DNA of 61,899 bases, counting the filler, from Sphacelaria rigidula (lineage: Eukaryota), in the NCBI GenBank assembly GCA_964200075.2. It is 7 parts of 7 records of this genome, joined end to end, with 100 filler letters (N's around TTAATTAATTAA, not from the genome) between each part and the next. Parts side by side here need not be neighbours in the genome. Positions count along the whole stretch, not along the records: positions 1 to 8,758 come from CAXNAA020010175.1; positions 8,859 to 17,615 come from CAXNAA020010176.1; 5 more parts are not named here. One strand, written 5' to 3'. The notes under the pieces were generated by a model, which searched no databases, was not told the origin of the DNA, and saw only the letters and a list, made by a program, of their open reading frames with translations. This document shows positions 1-10,505 of this stretch, piece after piece. Position numbers and translations under genes: made by a program. Position 1 is the first letter of the stretch, and each line of letters starts with the position of its first letter.

Positions 1-62
1 TTGAAGCGAAAGATCAAAGGCCACTCTCAATCGTATCATCTACTCTCAATCTCACGAAAACA
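1..62 (+). mobile_element. Right-hand part of the TA-flanked MITE family seen at 7956-8240 (cut by window start)
   Basis: ttgaagcgaaagatcaaaggccactctcaatcgtatcatctactctcaatctcacg aligns with ttgaagcgaatgacaaaagtcactctcaatcaccactttactctcaatatcacg at 8175-8228. Confidence 0.6.
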
Positions 63-1179
63 CCGTTATCTGTGCTGCAAGGTTGAGCAGGTAGCTGCGA
101 ACGAACCATTTTGGTTTTATCTACCTCTGTGAAAGGGTAGTATCTGTTAACTGGCAGGGTCGTCTGCAACATGGGAGTTACGTGCCGCTTCGTTCATTCC
201 GCCGCTCGTTTCGCTCGAAAAGGTTTTTGACCCTCCCCGTCGCGCGCAACTAATTATAAAATGGACTTGAAGCCATCTAGGAACATAAATGCCGTGGACG
301 TATCAGAATCGGCCGCATTGTTCAACTCGATTTTTTTTTCAAGACACGGCTAGACTTTTGCTTCTTATGCGCGCATATAATTTCGCATAAAACGGGGTTT
401 CTCGCGTAAGCATATGCGAACATATGTCTTTGAAGATTTCGGTTAGTTTTACGCGTAGCTTGGCGCATATATTACTCCAACGGGATTATGCAGTAGCTAT
501 AGCTGCCCACGGGTGCTCCATGTGGCGTGGTTCGTTGTTGAGCAGTGGCGTTTCTGTTCGTAATTTCTTTTTTTGAACTTCGTTGCGGGTCTGATATCGG
601 TTATGGTGCTGTATCTGAGCTACTTTATGTTCATATGAAATTGATAAAAAAAAAATGTGTCATATTTCATATTTCTCAAACACAGGAACCCGCCAGGAAC
701 CGCCTCAAGAAGGACGCGAAAAAGGCGCATAAGTCGCGCATAGTTCATCATAAAACGCATATATCGGCGTATAATGCTTACTTTTGAACATGGAGAAAAA
801 ATGGAAAAACGCGCAAAGAAAAAAAAAACGCATAGGAAGCAGAAGCCCAGACACGGCCTGACTGTGGAGTTGGTCGGTCCATTTTTCCGGTATATAGTGC
901 CCAAAATCTGGCCCCATTCACGAGCATAACTGTACATATCAGATTGCTCTGGATTCGTCTTGATCCCAGGGTACATATGTGTTCTATATGGTGGGTGAGA
1001 TGCAGGTGGGCATGGTGAAACGGAGGCTATGTGAGCTCGAGGCGTGATGCGGTTGTTCTGTGCGTACACAGCCGTAGAGCAGTACGCTCAGGGGATTACA
1101 CACGACAACGGTACACCATGAATGGCGTGTAGAACGAAGAAGATATTGAGCATTTTATCCCATTTTGATTGTCCAAACC

Positions 1180-1325
1180 GAAATTTAGGGTCCAACTCGA
1201 AAAATATTAAATTGCGAATGGGCCGTATGAAATCTGGGTCGGTGAAAATTCGAAACAGTAGTTTGCCGGCCACTTACCGGCCCACGTTTGGTGTCTGCGT
1301 ATTGAAATTTCCAGTTGAACCTCGT
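1180..1325 (-). repeat. Interspersed repeat, inverted copy of 10130-10272
   Basis: Reverse complement shares tttcaatacgca.acacc.aa.gtgggc.ggtaa and attcgcaattt...ttggaccct with 10130-10272. Confidence 0.6.
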
Positions 1326-1689
1326 TAGGGTATGTATAGTGAACCAAAAAAAGTGGGTCAGTTTTATATTTGTTACTGTTGTACACGCTGGTTCACGGTG
1401 ATCACCCACAATTGGGTCATCAGCGAATGCCTTCCGCAATACGCACCCAATAGTCGCATATATGGTATCATACTGATCGCAGTGAAGAGACAAAGAGGGT
1501 GACATAGCCGCATTTTTGTCCAAGGCCGTAGCGGTGGCGCTATGGACGAAAATGTGTCTCAGTCAATCAGCGCCCTTCAAACTGTTCCGAGATCGGAATT
1601 ACGAATTCCAAGCCCAATTTTCAACCAATCTCTTCATCATGCTTCATATCGTAGCAACTGTCATCGACACGGGAATCTAACGAGAATAT

Positions 1690-3205
1690 CATATTTTTAG
1701 AACGGTTACTACGGGGGGCGAATTTTACCCCAAACCGTGATGTTTCGGTGATGTCGGGTGTCGGCGTCGTCTAATTTCCACTAATGATACGCACGAAAGA
1801 CCCGGGGAGACTCGTGACGGTGTCCCACATATCTGTTGTAGAAAAGCTCAGATCGCCCTCAAACTCGGCAGTTGCGTAGATATTGATGCTCAAGATGGAA
1901 TAAATTGTATTCTTGACAAAGCATCATGGTTTCTCCGTTCTCTACCGGCTGTCGGCGGTCCCAGCATGAAGACCCCCCGGAAGGCGGTATAGAATGCCAT
2001 AAAATAAACGTAGTAGACTAATGCGTCCTGGGAGAGTCCAAGGAGCAAATGTACAAAGTTTGGTGGAGAAACTCGAAAACCTCATACCGGGGCAGTTTTT
2101 CTTGCCTTGACGTCAAATTCACCCCAAAAGACGTTTCCATACTAACACCAAGTAGTTGAGAGTTGCGCGTTTCAAGCCCACGTCCTCCACAAACGCGCAA
2201 ACCTACACGCTGTCATCAGGAATTAGATCCTGAAACTTTGCATAAATATGCCATGTATCATTACGCATATTTCTACGGGCGATGTATTTTGTACTTCTTG
2301 AGTTTTTCACCGTTTTTTCGGGCTCCGACGGGATCGAAGTGGTTTTTCGAAGTAGTCTCCATTTTGGGACCCCAGAAGAACGGCATCACGATATTTTTTC
2401 TTCATTTTTTCGCGAACTATCTGCGTCCGCATAACCCAAGGATGGGCTTCACAAATTTTCGTCACAAAACTCGATCAACTGACGCTTGAATTTCCATGTT
2501 CACGTCAAAGAAGGCCCAAAAACAGCGTTTTCTTACTGAGGAGTTAGACCCTGAAATTTTGCACAACTGTGCTTTGAGACATGACGCAACTTTGTATGGA
2601 CGAGTTTTTTTTTCTTCTTGTTGCCGTTCTACGGGGGTCCGATTGGGTCCAGGTTTCCCCCCCAAAACTGGGACCCTCGAAAAACGGTGAAGAAAGTCAA
2701 AACGTAAAAAAACCTCGACCTTCGAAACTTGTGTAATTACCCATGGAAAAATTCTGCAAAATTTCAGGGTCTATCTCCTTAAAACAGCGTGAGGTTTTGC
2801 CGATGAGTGGTTTTTGGGTGATGAACGTGAACGAGGCTGTATGAGGTTTTCGAGTTCCGCAACCAAGCATACATGTGTTCCTCGGACTACCCGGGACGCA
2901 CAGCATCAGGTTTTCTTATGCAGGCTTTACTACCGCCTTCCGGCGGCCCCAGCGTGAAGACCCCCGGAAGGCGGTGACAATTGGAGAAACTTTGTAATAT
3001 TGTCAGAATACATTTTTTCTTCCATTTGAAACACCACCGCCTAGGAAACTGCCAAGTTTGGGGGCGATCTGACCTTTTCTAGATACAGGGGGAAACCTTC
3101 CTGCGTCTTTCGTGCTCATCATTAATGAAAATCCGACGACGTCAAAGCTCACATCACCGAAATACCACGGTTTGGGGTATAACTCGATCTCATAGTAACC
3201 GTTTT
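1690..3205. mobile_element. Large imperfect palindrome / foldback-type non-autonomous element (arms ~1690-2325 and ~2670-3205)
   Basis: Collinear reverse-complement matches: ccccaaaccgtgatgtttcggtgatgt (1728) vs acatcaccgaaataccacggtttgggg (3151); agaaaagctcagatcgccctcaaact vs agtttgggggcgatctgaccttttct; gaaactcgaaaacctcatac vs gtatgaggttttcgagttc; ttttcaccgttttt vs aaaaacggtgaag. No convincing ORF. Confidence 0.75.
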
Positions 3206-3609
3206 CAAATGTGTTTTTCTGCTAAATACCCAAGGTCGCTTTTTATAACAGACGAAAATGAAAATCTGGTAAGTACTCTTCTTTTTTTTCCGGTGGTCGC
3301 AGTTTTTATTTCGGTCAAACAAGAACTTTTGTTCAAGAATGATCAAGTCTAGAGATATATGGCGATCTTTTCTAGATTTGACTGTTCTCGATCGACACCA
3401 AAATAAAAGCTGCGGCCACCGGAGAACGGGAAGACGTTCTGGAACAGCCTCAACCAGTGCTCGAGAGCAAGTCATTCCATGGTGTCAAAGCTTTTACGAA
3501 ACAGACGAAAAAAAAACGCCTGTGTGCGCTTTACTTGCAGAAAGGTCGAGCAAAGATGCCGATTCAAGAAATGGACACCTCCAGCGGTCAGATGATGAAC
3601 CTTTGACGA

Positions 3610-4380
3610 CGAGAGTAGGTCATCCGTTGAATCGGCATCAATTCCGCCTGGAAAAAAGTATGCATCATCGACATAGGCTGCCTTCACGGTCTAAGGGATA
3701 GCCGTTCGATGGCCAGGGTAGGTGGGTAGGTCATGTGGGTCACGCACTAATTTTTCAAATAAATGCGATGCAATTTGAACAGTTGTCGTACCCCCTACCG
3801 GTAAAAGAGTGTATGTAGTACGCCATTTTTCTCAAAGGGGTTACTCGTATCACTGCCGGACGATTTTCTACAGCAGCCAAGCCAATCAAAGACCTACACA
3901 CCGAGCCCCGCGGAAGCAAGCACAAACACCCACCACTCATGAGCAATATCTCCAGCGATAGCCCTTGCTCCTCTGCGCATGGTAGTCTATATTTGACGGG
4001 AATTTGCTCTGCATTGGGGAAAGGAGACCACGTGCGTTTTGCTTGAAAAAGGGCTGAGAATGATGCCGGGCGATTTTCTGTGGTATTCAAGAATACACAA
4101 GACCAACACGCGCAGCCCCGAAAAATACGAACAGACACCCACCACTCACGCGCATCAACTCCAGCGCTAGTATGCACGGCAGCCTTCATTCGACGGAGCT
4201 TTGTTTTGTATTGAAGGAAGATAGCCGCGTGCTTTCTACTTGAAAAACGATTGGGGTTGACGCTAAATGGACACATCGGGCTGTCAAAGGGATAATACGT
4301 TGACCGCAAGGGTAGGTCATATGTATCATGCATCAACTTGTAAAAGGGGATTTGATGCCGATTCAGCAGATGAACTTCGC
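3610..4380. repeat. Inverted pair (3610-3710 / 4270-4380) enclosing a ~210-bp tandem duplication (3861-4000 / 4071-4210); third arm copy at 37130-37210
   Basis: tgaatcggcatcaa...atgcat..c..ggtc core on + at 3628, on - at ~4360 and on + at 37141; cacccaccactca..gca...ctccagcg.tag occurs twice. Confidence 0.6.
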
Positions 4381-4389
4381 TGGCCTTCT

Positions 4390-4720
4390 GATGAATGAAA
4401 TCGTGATTTGACTCATATTCAACATTTGTACGAGTCAATACCACGATTCGTACACAAAATGTAATTCGTACATGTTTTCGGTTTGTGATTCGTGCGACAC
4501 TACTTGGAGAGTACTCGTAAACATTCCAGGTTCGTGATTCGTGCTGTACACCTTCGAAGGTACACATTTCCTTCCTTCCGTTCGCATGGTATCAATCACA
4601 GGTATAGGTTTTTCCCCTTCCATCCATGCAGCATGAATTGTGGGTAAATGTTCCTCACGTTTTATTCATGTACCACAAACTACAGGTACACGTTTCTCCC
4701 CTGCCAATCATGGACAAGGC
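4390..4720 (+). repeat. Interspersed repeat, second copy at 61305-61660
   Basis: acgattcgtacac.aa.tgtaatt and gtgattcgtgcgacactac shared, followed by short gtacatgttt-type subrepeats in both copies. Confidence 0.6.
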
Positions 4721-4875
4721 GCACGCTACAACACGGGACTTTCAAGCCCTTCAAAATATCCGATTTTCGTTCACAATCAAATAAAGTAAACATCAACTGT
4801 GGGCAGATGGCAGCCAAACTCCGGTAACTCTACCGGTCATCTCCGTCACGCAGTCATTCTTCACTGTGATGCCGG

Positions 4876-4899
4876 TTTGGGTAAGGGTTAGGGTTAGGG
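4876..4899 (+). repeat. Short interstitial telomere-like tract (tttggg taaggg ttaggg ttaggg)
   Basis: Four hexamers, two perfect TTAGGG, followed by a G-run. Confidence 0.5.
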
Positions 4900-6730
4900 G
4901 GGGACGCGTTAGGAATGCAATATTTTGTCTGCCAGATCGCCGAAAGTGATGTGCATGTGGCTGGATAGTAGGGTTGTGAACTGGACCAGGTAACACTAGA
5001 GTTTATTCTGGAACTGGCGACGAGGGCGCCGGTTGTCCAGTTTATTTGAAGTTTGCCGTCGCGACTACAGATGATTTTAATATGAGCAGGCCACACTATT
5101 CCAGGTCACGCATTAGACATTTTCGAGTCTAATACATTAGGGAACTCATCGAAAGCAAAAATTTGACAGATGACGCATTATAGTACATGAACAATGTTGG
5201 TGGATGTTGGCTTCGGGCTGTGGGTGCATGTTAGCGCAGGGGACGAGCAAATAGACGTCTCTGGGGGGTGTTCTTCACCAGGAATTCATGGGTGGTATCC
5301 ACCTTTTTGGCCTATACCGTGCGAATGGCAATACGTTTGGATGCCATGATTTTTTTTTGGCATGCTTTAAATGTCAAAGTACAAAAATATTTTTTGTAAA
5401 TCCTGATCCGGAGATGAATGTACGGATACCCCCCAAAACCCACAATTTTCACACGGGTCGTATCTACCGTTTTCGCCTGTTACACACGATGGGCGATGTA
5501 CCTAAACACAAGAATAGATGGATACAACGTGCACAAGCTGGGCCGCCGAAGATGCGAACAGTAATTTTGAACCGCGATTGTGTTGTACGAACTTGAGTCG
5601 TTTTCTATGAAAACGTGATACAAAATACGTCAGGTACGTTCGGAGACCCTAACGTTCCCCGTCTTTACGTTTTCATTGGTGAGTTATATCGAACTCCGTT
5701 CCAAAAAAGCTGTTTTGAAATTCCCTGTGACCAGTAACTTACGGGAAAAGCGGGGATAGAGGAGGTGTTCGCACATATGTCTTATACATTATGTAAAAAA
5801 TTAATGGAAGACGACTAAAAAAAACAGCGAAATCGCGTTTTTCTGTTGTGAACTCCTTCCTATGTAGGAACGGAATGGCCAAGAGGCGAACAGGAATATT
5901 TGGGGCACGGTTGCGCTCTTCAATTTCCAAGTCGTTCTTGAAAAAACTTCGACACAGCATACATGGGGTATGTACGAAGACCCTACCATTACCCCTGACC
6001 ACATTTTCCTCTTTTACCGGGTTATCGACCATTGCTTTTTGCCGAAAAAAACTGTTCCGAAAAATGTCATCAACAAATAAAAAAAAGAGGAGGAAGGTGG
6101 AGTCTTTGCACGTACCTCATGTACATCGGGTCAAAATTTCATGGAAAACAACTTGAAATTGAATAGCCCAACCGCGTGTTTCTGTCGAAAACCGTTAACG
6201 TGTTTTTAGAGTATAACCTCAGCCGGAACTTTGACGTTCTGTACAAGCTTCTTCACCCACTGCTCACCGGTACGCATACTATCACTGGACGCCTTGGCGC
6301 GATGGAGGCCTCATCTGCGTGCCACCTTGGACACTGCGTGCCTACAGCACGACATGCATTGTTACATAAGTACAACTTGTGTGGTACCACGACTCGCGGC
6401 CGCTGCACAACCGACTGTGACCGAAAATTCGATTTCATCCGTTTTTTGTTTTCAATTCCGCCGCACATGTCCCCCTCAATTCTCTACACTCAGCAGGTGA
6501 CTGCAGTTTGATATTTCATTTGATTCCAACTTGTCGGATCGCAGTGCTACGTGGATTGAAGGACGCGCGTTGATTTGCAGATCACCACCACGTGTCAAAA
6601 TAGGCAAAAGTCGCGATACATCGGCAGTTAGAGCGTGTCGAAGGAAACTGGGCCTCTTAGGTGGCCCAGCTTGTAAATAATTCAGTATTCATCCCCGTTC
6701 CTTATTTCCCCGCATCCGGGAACAAAATTG

Positions 6731-6980
6731 CACAGGTCGGACGAGTCATTTCTCGTTTAGACGAGTGCACTCGTGGGTGTTTTTCCAAAACACAACGAGC
6801 ATGACTCGTGTGCTCGAGTCATTACTTTTTTCCCAACGAGCAATGACTCGAGTGCTCGTCCTATCCATTTTTTCCACAACGAGCAATGACTCGAGTACTC
6901 GCCCTATTCATTTTTACGGCCAACGGGCAGCCCAACGAGTGCGAGTGCCACGAGTCACACTCGTGCTCGTCCGACGTATG
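6731..6980. mobile_element. hAT-like MITE (250 bp) with 8-bp TSD and internal palindromic subrepeats
   Basis: TSD CAAAATTG at 6723-6730 and 6981-6988; TIRs cacaggtcggacgag / ctcgtccgacgtatg (13/15); internal ~43-bp units caacgagcaatgactcgagtgctcg. 8-bp TSD and CA...TG ends fit hAT. Confidence 0.8.
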
Positions 6981-7877
6981 CAAAATTGCCTCATCCCCTC
7001 ACCGGACACGTTGGGAGAATTATTTACCATTTTCGCCCGAACATGCGAGGGGCATCGTTGCAACGTACCGAAGATATATTTCCCCCTTATGATCCCTTCC
7101 TCCTCCATTTCTTTTCCCAGGGATGAAATTAACACATTCCCTCCCTGAAAGATCTCGCGGAAATACGGGGTGTTATCATACGTTGGAGTCATTTGCGACC
7201 GGACAACAATGAATCTGAACACGTTCTCGGTACCAATAGAAAGCGTGCAATCCACCGTAACTAGTGATACATGTAATTTTTCTTAACTGGGTCACAGATA
7301 CCCCAGGGAAGATACTGTTCCATCCCCTCGCTGGACACGTGCAGGGATCATCATGCACCTTCAGGGCATGTTTTTTACGAATGGCGATGACCCTGAAAAC
7401 CCGAGAGGCATTGTTAGACCGTAATCATCCCATCCTACTGCTATAGAACCCCTGCTCCCCCTCCACGGGGATAAAAATGGGGGTGTTCCCCCCCCCCGAA
7501 CTATCTCACAGGGGAGGGGGTGTTATCCGACGTGTGAGCATTTGCGGCCAAACAACCACGAGTCTGAGCACGTGACCAGGAGCAACAGAAAGCGCAGGAA
7601 ATATAATCGACCGTAAGGGCCTCTTGCATGAGAAGGGCGATGCCCCTGCAGACGCAGGAGGCATCGTTCGAAGTACTCTCTCTACCCAACTCCTTCTTCC
7701 CCCCATGTCCTACCCGGGCACAAAATCAACGCACCCTCTTCCCTACCAATCTCAGCGGGTACGGGTGTCACCGGATGTGCGAGTCTGAACGGGTGATCGA
7801 GACCGACAGAAAGTCTGCAACCTACCCGAAGTACAGAATCCTGTGCGTGTTGCATATGGCCGGAGCACACAATCTGA

Positions 7878-7914
<37 letters not shown>

Positions 7915-7955
7915 GTCCCATCTATTCTGGACGCCGGTCCACACCTTTTGGTATA

Positions 7956-8240
7956 TAACAATGTTTTCATGAGATCGAGAGTAGAGGATACAATTGAGAG
8001 TAAAAAGCGGTCATTTAGTGAATGAATCGTTTCAGTTCCGAAATGCCCCTTCACGAGGTACGATATGCCCCTGGGACCCTTGATATCTCTGAGTAGGATA
8101 TCGACGTGTAGCTGTAAGCAGATGGCAATGATGGAGGCAAAGAAAAGCATACACGGAATGAAAAAGTGGCCAAGTTGAAGCGAATGACAAAAGTCACTCT
8201 CAATCACCACTTTACTCTCAATATCACGGAAACGTTGTTG
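7956..8240. mobile_element. TA-flanked MITE (Tc1/mariner-type, Stowaway-like)
   Basis: Imperfect ~45-bp TIRs: aacaatgttttcatgagatcgagagtagag..ttgagagt vs revcomp aacaacgtttccgtgatattgagagtaaag..ttgagagt; TA at 7954-55 and 8241-42. Confidence 0.6.
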
Positions 8241-8245
8241 TAAGT

Positions 8246-8549
8246 GCCGCGCCCCGATGGTGTATGGTCCGACTGTCGCCATTAGGGTGGAGAGAACGGG
8301 GGTTCGATTCCCGATGTGTTGAGTTTCTTCTTCGTAATGTATGATATCCACCGTGGAACGCGTGTTAACGTGAGGAAACAAAGTAGTCGACTGGGTTTGT
8401 GTGGCGTGAGTTAACACGGTGCGGGAGTGCTGATCCAATCCGCGAGATCGAAATCAAGGGCACGTACCGGGGGAGATATGGATTAATTCCTGGAGATCAC
8501 GGGCTCATCCCAAGGAAGGGGAGGGGTTCAAAGTGTGAGGGAAAAAAAA
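8246..8549 (+). mobile_element. tRNA-derived SINE family A
   Basis: Pol III A-box-like TGGTGTATGG (8258), B-box GGTTCGATTCC (8301), A-rich tail; homologous copies at 19698-20029 and 30254-30561. Confidence 0.8.
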
Positions 8550-8758
8550 CATGGGCGCACCAGCCGGAGTCACGCAGGAGGGAGGTCAACACAGGAGTTC
8601 ATCTTTTTCGTTTGTTTTAGTTCTCGACCTTCCTTCTGCGGTGCTGGCCTTTGTTCTTTATCGCGAGAGGGGTTCAGCAGTCCCTTTCCCTCGTCGACCG
8701 TTAAGTCGATTTTTTGTACCCACCACATAGCTGCTCTCTACTGTTGGGCATGGTGTGA

Positions 8759-8858
8759 NNNNNNNNNNNNNNNNNNNNNNNNNNNNNNNNNNNNNNNNNN
8801 NNTTAATTAATTAANNNNNNNNNNNNNNNNNNNNNNNNNNNNNNNNNNNNNNNNNNNN
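8759..8858. other. Artificial contig linker N44-TTAATTAATTAA-N44 (also 17616-17715, 26473-26572, 35330-35429, 44187-44286, 53044-53143)
   Basis: Identical 100-nt linker with stops in all six frames, recurring every 8857 nt. Confidence 0.97.
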
Positions 8859-10233
8859 CCCCCCCACCCCCGTCCGTCGCCCTCACCCCCCATGCGGGGG
8901 GGCCCCCCCCCCCCCCCCCTCCTCAAATAGGGTACCCAGGGGTACCCCCCTCCCCCCCTACGGCCCCAGAATGAGGTTCGGGCGACGTGGAGGGTGGTGG
9001 TGCCGTCACTTCCCGATGTGGGGCCCCTTGGCCCAGCGTGCAGCTGCTTGACGCTTGATACTGTCTCCTGTCTGCCCGAGAAGTAGCAGTTTGCAACTTA
9101 TAGTCTATGGCATACCGGGAAGCGAGTCGTGTACGTGTACTTCAAAACAGGAATGGTGGTGGCTGGGACTGGTGCGGGACGACCTAGCGGGAATTTGCCG
9201 GGAAACGGCTCGCGTCTCAGCGCCGGCTTGCTGCGGGTCCTTGCAAACGTAGGACGACGGCGATAACACGAACACGATTATGCTTCGATACAACTTTACG
9301 CTTCCGTGCAACGACACATTACTATACACCGGGCGCGTGCGTCAGACCTTCAATTTAGAGTAGAAGGGCCCAGCCGAGACCGCTTCCGTTTCACCGCCAA
9401 AATCCAAGACCTCAACTTCACAAACACCGAACAAAATTGAAATTGGAAGCGCCTTCGGAACGGGGCAACCTAGAACTCCTATACCGTACGGAGATAGCGT
9501 CTATACTAAAATCTACGTGAAACCCCGAACGATACATTCAGCGGATGATGGCGATTTTGGGCGCGGACCTTCCCTGGAGCACAGGGAGACGATAGATACC
9601 CTCATCTTCGCCTAATTCGTAATTTATCTCGAGATAAGGAGCACATGATGTTCTATACTAAAATCAATATGTTGCGAGCGGAGGCACTGGATGCCCTAAA
9701 TCTGGATATCGCGTCTCAGTTTTTGAGAGTTGTGCTATGGAATTTCCTGTGGAGAATCGCTAATTCATGGCAAAACTAAAAAACAGCTTTTCACCTTATT
9801 TTCGTTTTTGTTCTTTCATTTTTTGTCGTGTTTTCAGAGGATTTTCGAGGAGAAACGAACATGGCTCTTTGGCCTTATCTCAATGTTTTAGCTCAATCTT
9901 TAGAATTGTGATTTGAAACTTAGCATCTGTATATCCCCATTACATTACAGGAGGACCAAAGAGGTACGCTGATTAAAAAGAAAATGGACCTTCATTTTTT
10001 GGGGGGGAGAAGAGGTTGGGCGTTCTCGTAAAAAAGTGGTCATTGCCATACCAAAACGCCCTGAAGCAATGAAAAGAAGGGACATAAATCCACCTGATCT
10101 ATTTTTCTTAGTTTATCATGGCCTACTGTAGCGAGGTCACGCACAAAGTTTCAATACGCAAACACCGAATGTGGGCTGGTAAACGGCCTGCAAAATGTTG
10201 TTCCGAATTTCCACCGGCCCGGGTTTTAAAGGC

Positions 10234-10505
10234 TAATTCGCAATTTTCTACTTGGAGTTGGACCCTGAAATTTCTTACGGACAATCAAAAGGGCTTATAC
10301 GAATATATATATATATATGCATGCGTGGTCGCAAAGATTTATTTTTTTCAAGAACTAAGGGCAATAATCAATTTTCAGCTTTTAGTAAAAATGCCGTTGA
10401 ATCACCGAAAATAACTTTGGGACCACGCATATATTTTTCTTCATGCCCTGTTGATTGTCCATACCAATTTTTCAGTGTCCAAGTCTAAGTACAAAATTGC
10501 GAATT
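10234..10505. repeat. Foldback element (arms ~10234-10345 / 10408-10505)
   Basis: aattcgcaattttctacttggagttggaccctgaaa...ggacaatcaaaagggc...tgcgtggtcgcaaag vs reverse complement aattcgcaattttgtacttagacttggacactgaaa...ggacaatcaacagggc...tgcgtggtcccaaag. Confidence 0.7.

Larger units (their letters stand above)
7880..8758 (-). mobile_element. tRNA-derived SINE family B, (TG)n/(CA)n tail, interrupted by 7956-8549 insertions; head cut by linker
   Basis: (TG)n at 7880-7912 then tcccatctattctggacg; resumes at 8550 (atgggcgcaccagccgg...); 8657-8758 nearly identical to 44287-44390, which carries the tRNA-like head. Confidence 0.6.

Noticed and set aside
545..6500. Many 60-270 aa ORFs in the first contig
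   Set aside because: They lie in inverted or tandem repeats, with no motifs or consistent splice structure.
6790..6930. CRISPR-like palindromic repeats
   Set aside because: Units are internal to a TIR/TSD-bounded MITE; the intervening sequences are short and similar to each other; no cas genes; eukaryotic context.
8246..8315. tRNA genes here and at 44410-44480
   Set aside because: A/B boxes only; no convincing cloverleaf; continuous with repeated SINE bodies.
8803..8814. TTAATTAATTAA motif at regular spacing
   Set aside because: Assembly linker embedded in Ns.
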